From a virus, in IMG/VR virus record IMGVR_UViG_3300007609_000014, positions 4,792 to 68,791 of that record: a DNA stretch of 64,000 bases; one strand, written 5' to 3'. Made by a program: the position numbers and the translations under genes. The notes beneath the pieces were generated by a model. That model searched no databases and was not told the DNA's origin. It was given only the letters and a program-made list of their open reading frames with translations. Position 1 is the stretch's first letter, and every line of letters starts with the position of its first letter. This document shows, in pieces, positions 19,301 to 32,000 of this stretch.

Positions 19301-20074
19301 TGACGGTGCTGTTCCGCCGTCTAAGTCAGAATTTAATTCAATTACAGAATCTGCCAGTGCTATGGTTTCTGTGTTAATTGTTGTGGTAGTTCCGTTGACA
19401 GTGAGATCCCCTCCAACCGTTAAATTACCGCCGAAATTTCCTGTTGTAGTAACTGTAAGAGCGTTCGGAGCAAATGACCCGTTAACTACCAAATCATTTA
19501 CTGTTGCGTTTCTCGAAGAATCTATAACAGTTGTTGCTCCAAAAAGCAAAGAGCCGGAGCTTAGTGTTAAGTTTCCATTCAGATCTAAATTGTTTAAAGT
19601 GCTTGTTCCTACAGTACCTGTACTAGGGCCTGTTATATTGCCAGTAAATCCAAGAGATGCTGTGATCGTTGTGCCGTCGATTGTGGTTGCGCCGATTGAC
19701 TGTCTATTACCTGCATCAACACCTATTGCAGTGCCGTCAATATTACCACCGTTTATGTCAACCAAAGAGAACGTAGAAGTACCACCAGTGGCAGTTAAGT
19801 TTGTGCCAATTACTGCTGCACCTGTTGTTGAAATTGATCCAAAGCCGCCGGCGCCTGTTGCAGAGATAGCAGTAGCAGTAATATCGCCTTCTAAGTCACC
19901 AATAAATTTAGTACTGGCTGTAATCGTTGTGCCGTCGATTGTGGTTGCACCGATGGTGCTTCGCTGGGCTACGTTGTTACCTATTGAAGTACCATTAATT
20001 GTGCCTCCAACAATGGTAACATCGCCACTAAAGGTACTGGTTAATGCTACGGTGAGATCTTGTAAACTCGCCAT
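13343..20074 (-). CDS. 2243-aa Gly/Thr/Asn-rich virion fibre protein with 7 'D..I.LN...AGI.(I/V).RG....F.W.E' modules and a C-terminal cupredoxin-like domain
   Basis: ORF track. GNVTGNVTG and I.GG.IDGT.IG fibre repeats; L.D(I/V)D....P.NG.TLV(W/Y)NS repeats; C-terminal NPDLYLLPGKTYTF...FTVPQDAPSELFY. Confidence 0.9.
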   Translation of the reverse strand: MASLQDLTVALTSTFSGDVTIVGGTINGTSIGNNVAQRSTIGATTIDGTTITASTKFIGDLEGDITATAISATGAGGFGSISTTGAAVIGTNLTATGGTSTFSLVDINGGNIDGTAIGVDAGNRQSIGATTIDGTTITASLGFTGNITGPSTGTVGTSTLNNLDLNGNLTLSSGSLLFGATTVIDSSRNATVNDLVVNGSFAPNALTVTTTGNFGGNLTVGGDLTVNGTTTTINTETIALADSVIELNSDLDGGTAPSTNAGISINRGSETDVTFVWDEANDYWTFGSNDVVAANFIGNVSGNITGDITGDVTGNADTATRLETTRTIELSGDVVGSVSFDGAADVNIAAVIQANSVALGTDTVGQFASTVEVTGNGLSATSPNASDGTAYTITSNATPANTQSTLVFRDSSGDFAASSITANTFIGNINSTAGNDTLASLTVGGTLAVTGTTTFNNAVTVATGVAFNSDTVGITGGTILNTPIGNLTGGAQPIVGTTIQATGGFTGNLAGNVTGNVTGNADTADGLSSAVTVDLTGPVTGTATFQDGGDTATVATTIENNTVTLGTQTVGQYASTVAVSGVGLSINAPSADDGTAYIITSNATASNNQDTIVSRDFNGDFNAGTITADLVGAVTGDVEGNISTTLGTSNLNNLNVTGTGTIDTVSIGGGDIDGTRIGNSTPAAGNFTTISATGNISALAGVTGNLAGNVTAVSGTSQFSTLNVTGDMSATSGTTTLNDLVVQGNLDFTDLSISGSLTIGANLTVAGDVNIADPFIILNSDVDNATAATEDVGFTVNRGSDNDVSFYWDESENRWTTGSESLSVGGTIFGNLDGAIGTGIASTGSFTTVTTSGNLTVGNNLTVAGDLEVQGSVTTVSTEQIDLADNIIRVNSNATAGATGGIEVWRGGDGVRSFLWNEGAGRWSTETADLQFGTAYGDFEGNVTVGAGQNIDVSAATLTLANDQISGDAINGGTIGTVTVSNLTSSNATITGGSIDSTPIGGTTPALITGTTITADTQFVGDLDGNVSGNLTGNVTSTGTSTFNIAQFNAGVTFSGDIQGENGTTATFDDLVVTGTTNLQVFQIGDFNASGTVTFDEPFVTVNKGATGVDTANAGIEVERGDSPNVQLFWDGTNTRWSVDAQDFEAEKFIGDIVSTGTNSSFNTVDINGGTIDNTVIGASTRAAGNFTEIDANAGITGSFDGPVTSSSVTITGGTINSTQIGNTSPSSGNFTTVTASGNITTATGEVTADIITATGSLVGDLTGTVSSISNHTTADLAEDPAATATSGTQYFTTTRVDAHLSGGTGVTYTNGTISIGQPVATTDNVTFNDVNVDGDLTVVGAIDVPNLTVTGDLTVNGNTTTLNTETIELEDSIITLSNGYVGSTPSANAGININRGGGSAVDVQLLWNETTDKWEAIGGAFVSNSGFEGNIIGNVTGNVTATGGTSSFNSVDIDGGSIDGTAIGQNNPSTGIFQSVTASGEISAQTFDGNLTGNVTGTVSSIANHTTDALAEGTTRLYYTDARVNAHLSGANSVTYTNGVISIPQAIETTSDVTFNNVTVDGLLTAPNYAFTNIDASGNVTVGGDLTVSGATTTFNSAVEISTNEIVLLSAYSGSAPTSNAAIIVKRDQAPGGNAKLEWDENNDRWDIGSGATFRAGILLGNLTGDVTSNSTSTFADIDINAGSIDGVVIGAGSPGLITGTIITADTRFDGPITGDVTGNVSGDVTGDITSSGTSTFADIDVNGGNIDGTDIGLASPAVGNFTGVTASGTINANSGVVGNLQGNVTGNVTGDLTGNVTATSGTSTFDNLTVTGTLQAPAQSITDLIVSGNLTVNGTTTTINSETIELADNIIVLNSDKTGAAGSETAGIRVNRGDDTPVDFKWDDATDRWTVGSGTLEAGTFLGSLIGSVTGSVTGNVTGNITSTGNSSFANAIISGGTINDTDIGGVNPSVGSFTELDANSIVANTITANTEFSGTFVGDGSNLTGITTTQITEGSKLFFTNGRVQSALGSISIDALSDIDITSSAPSNGNTLVWNSAISKFVPAENFLQSDFDTAIGNTSIDDLVDVDTSSIPPSNGDTLVYNSTSSKWQPSTGQTSFSVTASGTSAWLFSGQGTDSDANPDLYLLPGKTYTFDIDATGTSFYINTSNTTGTGSAFNDGVTNNGTDSGVITFTVPQDAPSELFYNAENQAAMNGKIFVLKGTLNNVENPVFTSVKSSAYYDSQDRQLVIKDSSGNVIWGN
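18360..18490. repeat. 131-bp direct repeat, copy 1 (in the 2243-aa gene)
   Basis: Matches 20901-21031 with 3 mismatches and a 94-bp perfect core (18381-18474); encodes SAVTV(D/N)LTGPVTGTATFQDGGDTATVATTIENNTVTLGTQTVGQ. Confidence 0.95.
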
Positions 20075-23000
20075 TTATTTTTTCTCCTTCAACTCTTTGA
20101 TTTCTGACTTCAATTCTTTTATTGACTCTACTAGATAAGCAATTATTTTTGTATAATGCAACCCGTCTGCTTCGCCGTCTTTGTATTCAACTACATTTGG
20201 TAAAATCTTTTCTACTTCTTCTGCAATTAAACCTGCTTCGTCGTTTGAAGAGCCATCTTTTCTATCATAAGTTACACCTTGTAACTGTGTGACTTTGTCC
20301 AATGCTCCTTCAATTGGTTGTACATTTTCCTTATATCTAAGGCTTGATGTTTCTGTTAATACTGTAAATGTGCCTGCTGCAGGAGTGTTTGCGCCAACCT
20401 CGCCGTCAATTTCCTGGGCGGTAATTGTGTTTGCGCTAGAATCTACTATTACTCCGCCAGACCCGTTTAATACATCGCCTGTTAAGTTTCCTGTAAATCC
20501 TGTGTTTGCAATAACGGTTGTACCTGTAATAGCTCTGGCACCACCTGTACCTGTACCAATTTCAGTGTGGTTAATACTTCCTTGCACAGATGCATTACCA
20601 GCTGTGATTGTGTCAATTGTAGCAGTAGATGCTGTGAGATCGTCAAATTCTGATGTGCCGCCTGCACTTCCATCAATTTGTCCTGTAACATCGCCTGTAA
20701 CATTACCAGTAACATTACCCGTTAAACTAGCAGTAATAACACCTGCACTAAAGTTACCACTTGAATCTCTTGACACAATGGCATTAGCTGTGTTATTATT
20801 TGTTGCATTTGAAGTTATAACATAATCCGTAGCATCGTCAGCATTAGGAGCTGTAATGCTAAGACCGCCGCCTGCAGTTACTGAAACTGTGCGTGCATAC
20901 TGCCCTACAGTTTGAGTACCCAGTGTAACTGTGTTGTTTTCAATAGTTGTTGCGACTGTGGCTGTGTCGCCGCCATCTTGGAATGTGGCTGTGCCAGTTA
21001 CTGGTCCAGTAAGATTGACTGTTACAGCAGAGTTAAATCCATCTGCTGTGTCGGCACTACCTGTAACATTACCTGTGACATTACCAACAAGGTCGCCTTC
21101 AAATCCTGTGGTTGCAGTAAACGATCCTGCACGCATTTCCTCATTGCCTATAGTCCAAGCACCGCCTAACGTCTCAGTCCAGAAGAATTGTTTAATACCT
21201 AGGGAACCTCTAGTTACAGTAAGTCCCATATTTGCTGTAGGTGAGGCTCCCCCAGTAGCATTGGCGTTCAGTGTAATGAATGTGTCATTAAAGTTTACTG
21301 CTCCGCCTACAGTTAAATTATTTAATACTGACAAGTTTCCTGGTGTAAAATCACCGCTTACTTGTAAGTCTCTAAAGGTAGCAACTGAGCCTGCTGAATC
21401 GTTATCTAAGTTACCTGTAATTGTTATATTATTAAATGAACTGGTATTTTCTGAAACAATATCACCTTCAAATTGGCCGGTTGCTTCAATGGTTGAACCA
21501 GTAATTTGAGCTGGACCCGTGTTACCTATTACAGTGTTGTTAATTGTGCCACCTGTGACAGTAATATCATTCTGGAAATTGCTGGTTCCAACGACAGATA
21601 AATTACCCGTAACACTTAAACCTTCACTTACTGAGACATTTGCAAGGAAGTCATTGCCGCTTGTAGAATTAATATTACCTTTAAATTGACTTGTTGCCTC
21701 AATAATTGTACCCGTTATAAGGTTAGCACCATTTGTGCCTTGTCCAATTGGTGTTGAATTAATAGTACCACCTGTAATGGTTGCATTGCCGCTGGTTACC
21801 GAACCTGTAAGAGATCCTGTTATTCCGCCGGTGGCATTTACTGTGTTTGCAACCACCGAAACAGGGTTAGCCGAGTTACCTAACGCAGTACCTAATATTG
21901 TACCACCTGATATGTTTACTTCGCCGCTGACGGTTAAATCAGTACCTATGTTTACACTTCCAATTACACCGACACCGCCTGATACTCTAAGTGCCCCTTC
22001 ATTTGATGCTGCACTCGGTGTGGTGCTACTTACAACTAAATCGCCTGATGTATTCAGTGAAGTTAGTGTTGTTGCTCCGCTAGCTGTAAGAGTACCTCCT
22101 ACAAAAGTTGCACCAGTTGATCGATTAACAGTGAAGTTGCCTTGTCCTATGTTTAATTGTGTTCCCGTAAACACTAGATCTGCATCGCTGATAATTGAGC
22201 CGCTTGCGCCTGCAAAAGGAATATGGGTAACGGTAATGTCGCTGATTGTTGCACTTGCTAAAGTAGCTTCGCCATCAATGTCGATTGTTCCTGAGATTGT
22301 TGTATTACCTGTGCTACCTGCAACCTGGAAAACATTCTGTGCCGGAGTAGACGCATCTTGGATAGTAAACGATCCTGCATTATCTAATGTCAAACCGTCG
22401 CTTACCGTTACTGCACCTAGTATTTCGGTATCGCCTGTAACAGCGTTAACTACCATTCTGTCGTTACCTACCACAAAGTCAGAGCCGTCAAATGTTAGGT
22501 TTGTATCGGTTTCTAAGCTGCCCGCTGTGCCTGCTAATACTAGTCCGTTTGCAGATAAGTCGCTTACAGTCGCACTGGCAAGGGTAGATTCCCCTGTAAC
22601 GGATAGTGTACCTGTTGTGGAAACATTACCTGTAATATCCGCTACAACAAATGCTCCATCTACATTCATTCCACCGTCTAAGCTAGCTACGCCAGCGACA
22701 TCTAATGTTCCTGCAATCACTGTGTTGCCGGTTGCATCTGCTACTGTAAATCTATCTGTGTCTACAGCGATGCCGCCGTTTGCATTTATAAGATTAGTAA
22801 ATGTAGTGACACCGGTTACGTCTAATGTACTACCTAAGTTCAATGATCCGAGTGTAGCTGCACCAGTGACATTAAGTGTTCCTTCAATTTCGGTATTACC
22901 AGTCGCCGATGCAACAGTAAATTTGTTAGTTGCAATATCAAAGTCGCCGTCAATGCCAACTGCACCAGTAACATCTAAGTCGCCCGCAATTGCCGTGTCA

Positions 23001-26000
23001 CCTGTGGATGCAGTTACTACAAAATTGGTTCCGCCTACGTTAAATGACGTTCCGTTGAATGTGAGATTAGAATCATCTACAATTGTACCAGCAGTACCTG
23101 CTAATACTATTCTATTATCAGTTAGATCGCTTATTGTAGCACTTGCAAGTGTTGTTTCACCGGTTACGCCAAGTGTTCCGCCTATTGTGGCACTCCCTGA
23201 TGTCAATTCTAGGTCACCTGCTGAGAGTGTTACGTTGCCAGAAGCAGCAATAGTACTAATTGTTAATGCCTTTAACGTGTGATTTATTATTAGAGTGTCG
23301 TCTGATGCATTAAAGTCGCCTCTAAACACGCCAGCAGCAAATGTTTCGGTACCAATTGTCCACTCGTCGTCTAATTCGTTCCAAATAAATGTTTTGTTTG
23401 GATCTGTACCTCTTTCTATTTCAATACCTGAGTTTTCAGATGCCGCACCTGTTTCATTGCTGTTTAACAAGATAATGTTGTCTGCTAGCTCTACAGTTTC
23501 AGTAAGCACAGATGTAACTGCACCGTTTACAGTTAGGTTTCCGCCCACTGTTAGGTCATTGTTTATGTTTGCAGTGTCTACATATAGATTAGCAAATCTA
23601 TTGGTAGAATCACCAAGATCGTATTGTCCGTCAGTATCCACAAATACACTGCTAGACAATTTTGCATTAAGCGAAACTGTGTCTGTGTTTGCACTTCCCA
23701 ATGTGGTATTTCCCTGAACAGTGAAGTCAGTGTTAACGACTGCATCACCTTCCACGGTCATATCACCGTCTAGAGTCATTGCTCCAGTTGTGGAGTTTAC
23801 TACCAGTTTAGGATTTTGGTCATCGGCACCTACTACAGTAAAGTTACCAATAACATCAAGTGCGTTACCAATCTCTAAGTTTGTAAATTCTACCGTACCT
23901 GTTACTTCCAATGAAGAAATACGTGCCAATGATCCTACAGGTAAATCTAACAATCCGTTTACACGAACACCGTCAAAGAAACTTTGACCACCGGTTGTTT
24001 CGATATTGTTAGTGTCTAGTGTTCCTGTCCTTGCATCAATATTACCTTCTACTGCACCAACCAATGGTCCCTGGAATTCGTTTGTAGCAACAATTGTAAC
24101 ACCCTTGATATCATCTGGACTGGTTTGTCCGATAGCAGTGCTATTAATAGTGCTGTTTACCATTGTACTACCAGCTTCAGCGGTGATTGTGCCAGCGATG
24201 TCACCTGATATACCACCGTTTGCTGTAAGTAATCCAGAGAACGTAGCAGTGTTGAAGTCACTGTTTCCAGTTGAATCAATATCGCCGCGGAATTCGCTGT
24301 GAGCCGTGATTACAGAACCATAAACGTTGCTATTACCTACTAACGGGTCGGCTGTGCCAATTTGCGTATTGGATATTTGTCCACCGTTTATGGTTACGTT
24401 TGTACCCAAGACAGCATTGTTGTTTACAGTAAGGTTGTTTATGGTTCCTGTTCCGCTGACTGTGGCATCGGTTCCAACAAGAGTAGCCGCAGTGATTGTT
24501 CCTCCAGATTGAAGATTCTCGTTGCCGATAGTGAACAGCCCAGTTGATTCGTTCCAGATGAAGCTCACCGTTGGCTCAGTTCCTCTGTCTATGACTAGAC
24601 CAGCTGATCCTGGAGAAGCAGATCCGCCTACACCGTCTTCTGTTTCTCCTGAATTTAAGGTAATCGAAGTGGTATTAACGTCCACAGTTCCTATTAGTCG
24701 AGTATTTCCCTGTACTTCTAAATCGTTGGCAATAGTAACGTTATCAAATGCCAAGTCTTCGTTAATTGTGATTTCGTCAACTTCAAGAGCACCTACAAGA
24801 ATAGATGTAAAGTAACCTTCACGCTGAAGTGTTGGATCTGTGGCTCTAGCCGTGCTTGTTTGGTTTACATTTCCATCAAATCTTACATCAGCCTTTACAA
24901 TAGTACCTGTGATCAGAGCAGAACCGTTTTGCCCGATAGCAGTATCATCGATATCGCCGCCGCCAATATCAACATTGTTAGATGTAAAGTTGGTTCCGGT
25001 TAAGTTTGTGATGGTACTTGCGGTTGATCCATTTACACTGATCCTGTCAAACAATGACAAACCTGTACTGTTTATGTCTCCCTGGAATCCATTTAGTGCT
25101 CTAATGTTTGTACCAAATATAGGGTTAGCGCCTCCACTGTCATTACCAATGGTTGTGCTAAGAATGGTTCCGCCTGTCATAGTTGAACCGGAGCCTGCTA
25201 CTACCTGTCCAGTATATGTGCCGCCGTTAAAGTTTTGAGCGGCGATAGTGTCTGCTGATATCTCATCAAATGAACTTAATCCTGAAGCAACGTTAATGTT
25301 ACCGTTAATGGTATTTGTCACAGTGATTGATGAGAACTCGCCAGTCGATCTACCACCTGTTCCGATTGGAGTGTTAATAATAGTTCCGCCACTTATGTCA
25401 ACGTTGGACATTGTGCCGCCACCAATGGTCACACTTGAGCCAAGAGAAGCTGCTCCTGTCACTGAGATTGTGCTGTTAACTTGCAATGCGCCAGATGTGG
25501 TTAAGGTACCAGTTGTGGTAAGATTGTCAAACTGAGATAATCCTCCGCCGCTAGCATTAACCTGTCCTGTTAACGGGCCCACAACAGAAGTTGCATTAAC
25601 CAAAGCAGCATTCAAAGTGGCGAAAGAACTGGTTCCAGATATCGCCTGAACGTTGCCTTTAAATCCTTGAGCATCAGTAGCAGTAATTTGGGTAGCTGTG
25701 ATAAGATTGTTAGTACTGTCAATCATTGTGGTACCACCGGCTTCGCGCACGTCACCTGTCAATACTCCGGTAATACCGTTTTGGGCAAGCAGTGTGGTAA
25801 ACTCTCCTGCGTCTCTGCCGCCTACACCTACTGGAGTATTAGTAATTCCAGTGCCACCTGTTACAGTAAGGTTAGAAATAGTTGCGGCATTAAATGTAGC
25901 ATCTGCCACAGTATTTGCACCAATAGTAACTCCGTCCATTGAACCACCATCTATATCCACAGTGGTAGCTGTCAGTCCATTAAATGTTCCTGCGGCTGCT

Positions 26001-29000
26001 GTAGTGCCGCCGATTACCGTGCCATCAATTGCGCCGCCGGATATTGTGACATCTGTGCTGGTTAAGTCCCCTTCCAGTCTTGTACTTGCTTTAATTACAG
26101 TGCCGTCTATTGTGGTGAACTCTCCGGTATTTGGTGCAGATGTTCCGATAGGGCCGTTTACTGTGCCTGTGTATTCTGCGTTTGAACCATCGCCTGGATC
26201 TAAAACAAGAACTTCCGTGCCAATGCCGCCACCGTAAATATTGCCTACGAAACCGTTGTTGTTTGCAGTTGCATATGCATATCCGCCCAAGTAAAGATCA
26301 GTATCTGCATTAACATCGCCGCCTACTGTTAAATCTCCAACGGTTATGCCTATGTCGCCTGTTGTAACAGTGATAGACCCTTGATTGAGAGTGAGGCTTC
26401 CGTCCTGTACGGTTAAATTACCTGTTGTGGTTGTTAGACTGGTAAATCTACCAGAGTTTGCAATGTTTGTTCCAATAGGAGTACTGTCAACTGTGCTGGC
26501 GGTTATCGTTGCGCCGCTAAGTTGCGAGTTAGTTGATACCATTAGTCCGTTAAACTGTGCACCGGCATTTGCTGTAAATTGTCCGCCTACTTCCAGAGTA
26601 TCCTGGACGGTAAAGTCGTTAATCTCAATTGCACCTACGTTAAATTGACCTGTAATTGTTACACCGTCAAATGTTGCTACAGTGCCGGTGTCCATATTCA
26701 GGTTGCCTTTGAGGCGTGTTGTTGATTCTACCGTTAATCCATTATTAAGGAATGATGAACCGTCAACATTCAGCGTGCCCGAAGTATCCAATGACGTCAC
26801 GTATGCAGCCTGTCTAGATCCGCCCGTGCTGTCATCGTCGCCTAACTGTCCAACAAAGTAATTATTTGCTGTTATAAGTTGTGCTGTTATATCACCTGTG
26901 GTTGTTCTAAAGTCTCCTGACGTAGTAAGAAAACTTCCGCTTAAAGAAGCAAAGTCGCCGGCGGTGGTTGTAATATCAGCAGGTGTGCCTGCATTTTCTG
27001 TAACAAATACTCCACCAGTAAACTGTGCTGATGTTCCTTCTATGCTTCCTAAGAATGTGTTGGCTGTGATTTCATTGGAAGATAGATTTCCAGTTACTGT
27101 GATGTCGCCACCTGCAATGATATTTCCATTTGTGGTTTCAATGTCACCGTCCACAGTTTTAATGTCGCCAGCTGTGGTTTCTAGATTACCTAATCCACTT
27201 AACACTAAGCCGTCAGTAATTACATTTGTAAAGGTTGCTTCGCCTGGTACATTTGCTCCAATATCTACGTTATCTAAAGAACCAGTTGCACCTGCAGGAT
27301 TAACACTGAATGAACCTACAATGTCAACCGCGGTGCTTGCTCCAGAAGTAAGTCCGCCTGTGATATCAGCTGTAATGCCGCTGGCTGCTTCCACAGTTGG
27401 CACAATCAAACCTTTACTGAGGCTCCACTTATCAGTAGCGTTGCCGTATGTAAATGTGGTTACGCCGTCAGTTCCTAAGTCAACTGTGAGTCCTGCACCG
27501 TCGGCAGCCGCTCTATTTGCTACTCCTTTTGCAACAGTGATGTTAACATCCTCAACATCAAGCACTGCGGCGTTAATTGTTGTGGTTGCGCCATTTACAG
27601 TGAAGTTTCCTGCAACTGTTAAATCTCCACCTATTGTTGTGTCAGCGCCAACCTCTAAATCTCTCGAAATAACAGTGTCACCAAACTCACCATCTACAGA
27701 AAATACTGTTTGAACAGTGGTATTTTGTATAGTGAAGTCTGAACTATTATTAATTTGTACGTTTCCGCCAATTGCTGCCGTTCCCGTAACAACAAGATTA
27801 TCGTTTACTGTGAGTTGCGATCCAAACGTGCCTGTACCGTCTACTGATAAATTGCCAACAGCATTTAGGTTTTCCGCTATACCAACGCCGCCATCTACAA
27901 TAAGAGCACCGGTTGTGTTAGATGTGCTAGAAGTTGTATCGTTGATGTTTACTGCGCCGCTGGTATCCAGTGTGCCGTTTAGTGTTGTGTTGGCGGCTAT
28001 CAAAGAACCGGTAGTTGACACATTACCGTTGGCACCGTCTACGGTGAAAATACCGTCTACACTTATGCCACCGTTTAGGTTTGCGATTGCAGCAAGCGTT
28101 AGTGATTGCAGGTTAATTGCGCCGCCGAACGAGATGTCACCACTGACATTTAAGTCGCCACCAATTCCTACGCCGCCGCCAACAATAAGAGCACCTGAAC
28201 CCACCGTGGTACTGGCCGTATTTGAAGCAATCACAGTGTCGCCTGCAACGTCTAATGTTCCTTGAATGTTGGTATTGCCAGTATCACCATTTATTTGGAA
28301 AACAATTGCTGGTGTTCCTGCACCATTGTACATTCTGAGGTTGGCTGCTGAATCTAGGGTAACAGTATCACTTACATCTAAAGTACTTACAAGCGTGGTT
28401 GCTCCTACAACATCCAGTGTGCTTCCTACATCTAGGGATGTTCCTACACTGAGCTGATCATCAAGGGTGGCAATACCTGTCACATCTAATGTGCCGCTAA
28501 TGGCCGTATTTGCAGCATCCAGTGTGCCTGTTGTAACAATGTCACCTGTTGTATCTGCAACAGTGAATGCACCGTCTACATCAATTCCGCCAGCAAGTGA
28601 CGCAAGACCTGTTACTCCTAGTGTACCTGTTACACTTGTACTACCTGCGGCTAACGTACCTGTTGTAACGACATTACCTGTTGTATCTGCTACTGTAAAT
28701 GCACTGTCAACATCAATGCCACCGTCTAAACTTGCTACTCCACTTACGTCTAATGTACCTGTTACGGTGGTATTTCCGGCTCCAAGTGTGCCGCTTGTAA
28801 CAACATTACCTGTAGTATCTGCAACAGTAAATGCATCGTCTACATTTATTCCGCCATCTAAACTTGCAAGTCCTGTTGCAGTTATAGCGGCAACATTGGT
28901 TGTTCCGTTAACAGTAAGTGTTTTGGTATTACCCAGTGTGATATCATACCCTGATATAGAGTTTGTGTTATCATTACCTTGTAAACTAGAGTTGGAAATA

Positions 29001-32000
29001 GTGCCGCCATCTACTGAATCGCCTGAGATTTGATCGTCACCTATAATAACGGTACCAACAGTTAAGTCTAATGTGCGGGTTGCTCCTAGTGTAAAGTCAT
29101 AACCTGTAATGGTATTAGATGTTCCGTCGCCTGCTAGATTTGCATTTGAAATTGTACCAAGATTGATTTTATCACCAGAAATTTGATCATTTGCAAGAAT
29201 CAATGATGCTGTACTTACATTTATCGTACCTGAAAACGTGCTAGTTCCAGCACTTGTAATATCGCCTTCAATATCGCCGGTAAACTGGTGTCCTACTCCT
29301 GGATTGATATTAATCTGATCAGCGTTTACTGTGGTAATGTCGCCTGTTGTTCCTGTGATAGTAACACCTGTAATATCTCTAGGTGTTGTGCCTCCAATTA
29401 CCACATCATCTAATATGCCACCTTTGATAGTTGCATTTTCAAGTGTGGTTAATCCGTCGACAGTTAAGTTCTGACCAATATCTGCATTGTTGGTAATGGT
29501 GATATCAGTGATGCTCAAGTCGGAGAACGAAATACTTCCTGCAATACTGACGTCATTAAAGTAACTAGTGCCGCCTACACTTGATACATCAACGTTTGCA
29601 AACACCGTGCCGTCGTAAAGATCACCTCTGATAGAACCTACGAAGCCGCTGTCTGCTGTGATCGTGCTTCCTGTGATTTCTCGTGTTGCACTGTTAATGA
29701 TGGCAGTTGAATAATCTTCAGCCAACACATTACCTGTCAAATCGCCATCAACACTGCCAGTAACATCGCCAATCACTCCGCCATCTGCTCTAAGCACACC
29801 GTAAGATGTTAGATTGTTAAAGAAGCTGGTTCCGGTACTGTCGCCAGCGTCAATCTGCCCAATAACGTCTCCGGTGAATACTGCATTGTTTCCTGTATGA
29901 CCGTTTTGCAGTATTCTTACACCATTTGTGGAATACACATCACCCGTGATATCGCCGATTATGTTACCACGAAGATCACCTTCCACTGTAAGATCATTTG
30001 TTACGGTTGCGGTATCCAGTCTCACCGCGCCAGTGCTTTCTAAATTTACAAACCAAGATTTTCCGCCACGTGTTCGTGCATCAATATTACCGACAATATC
30101 GCCAGTAAACTCTGCATCGGATCCGTCGGTACCTTGATCTAATATTCTCACACTGTTAGGTGCATACACATCACCAATTAGGTCTGCTGTGACTTCTCTT
30201 GCGGAATAATCTAGTATAACACTGGAATCATCTCCAATTACATTACCAGTTAAATCGCCTGTGACATTACCAGTTACTTCGCCTGTGATGTCGCCGAAAA
30301 ATCTTGTTTCGGCGGTGATTGTTGTGCCTTTGATTTGGTTTGGAGTTGTGAGGCCAATTGTTGCATCGTTAATGGTTCCTGTAATAATTCTAGCATCTGC
30401 AAAAGTACTAATACCTGCTGAGGTAACATCACCTGTAACATCACTGAATGTAGTGCCGGACACTGTTAAGTCTTGTGCAACATTCACAGTTTGTAAATCT
30501 GCTACACCTCCAACATTTTGATCAATGTCTGTGAATAAGCTCTGTCCAGAATTAGCAATTACGTTACCAGTAATATCTCCGTAGAACATATCTGAAGCGG
30601 TGATTTCTCTAGCAAATATGTCTTTTGTGAAATTGTCAATTATCACACTGCTGTCATCCGCTATTACATTGCCACGCAGTGTGGAATCTACCTCTCCTAT
30701 CACAGTGACATTGGCAAATGTGCTCATTCCAGGACCTGTTATATCACCAGTTACGTCGCCAATCAAACGTCTATCCACGCTGTCAACCAGCACGTCACCG
30801 TCTTGTCCTAAATAGTCTCCTTTAAACGTGGCACTTAACAAGTCAGTGCCGTTTGTGAAGATGGCAGTACCGTCTGCGTTAAGTATGTTTCCAGTCACGT
30901 TACCTGATACATTGCCAGTAACATTACCTGTGACATTACCAGTGTACTCCGCAGAAACTGTGTTGCTTCCGTTGTCAAGTATAACGGCACCGTCTGAATT
31001 TCTTACGTCTCCTGTGATATCTCCTAGAACATTGCCCGTAACCTGTCCTGTAACATTACCAAGCAACGTTCTAGTATAACTGTCTAGTAATACTCCGCTG
31101 TCTTGTCCGAGAACATCACCTGTGATATTTCCATCTACATCGCCAGTAACATCGCCTACAACATCGCCTGTTACATTGCCATCTAAATCTCCAGTGACGT
31201 TGCCGATGAACAATGCAGGAATATTTGTGCCATTGCCGCTTTCCAAAACTTTTGTGAGCCCGTCTGATGCTAAAACATCACCGATTAAATTACCAGTAAG
31301 TCTACCAGTTACATTACCCAGTAAGTTATTAACAATAAGATTATTGTTTACTTCCAGATTAAAGAAGGAACTGTCACCTGAGGCATCTACACTTACTGCG
31401 TCTATGTCGCCTATAAACTTGTTTGAAGCTGTAATGACGTGTCCATCGATATCTTTGGTAATGCTGTCAATGATTTTAGTGCTGTCGTCAGCATTCACAT
31501 CACCTCTCAGCGTTCCTTCAATTTCTGTTTGCACAGTAACACTGTTAAACACACTTTGCCCAGGTCCGGATATATTACCAGCAACATTGCCAGTTAAGTT
31601 ACCTGTCACGTTACCTGTTACATCGCCTGTAATATCTCCTTGGAAGCCGCCCGAACTGTACACAAATCCTGCGTCAAATCTTTCACCTTCGATCGTCCAC
31701 TTGTCCAGTGTTTCGTCCCAGATAAATCTGCGAGCATCTTCGGATCCTCTGTTGATTTCTATGCCAGCATTCTGTGTGGGTGCTGTGAGGTTGTCCAAAT
31801 CACTATTCAGTGTTATAATGTTATCTGCTAGCAGTATTTGTTGAGTGTCAACTGTGGTTGTGGTACCAGAAACAGTTAAGTCTCCTGTAACATTCAGTGC
31901 ACCTCCTACAGATACAGTGCCGTCTGTGGTTACAGTGCTGAATTCACCTGTGTTTCTGGTTACACTGTCGCCTACTGCACCAAACACTGTGCCTGTTACT

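Noticed and set aside
18360-21031. Diversity-generating retroelement template/variable repeat pair
   Set aside because: The three mismatches are A/G transitions in both directions rather than adenines of one template copy, both copies are mid-gene, and there is no reverse transcriptase in the window
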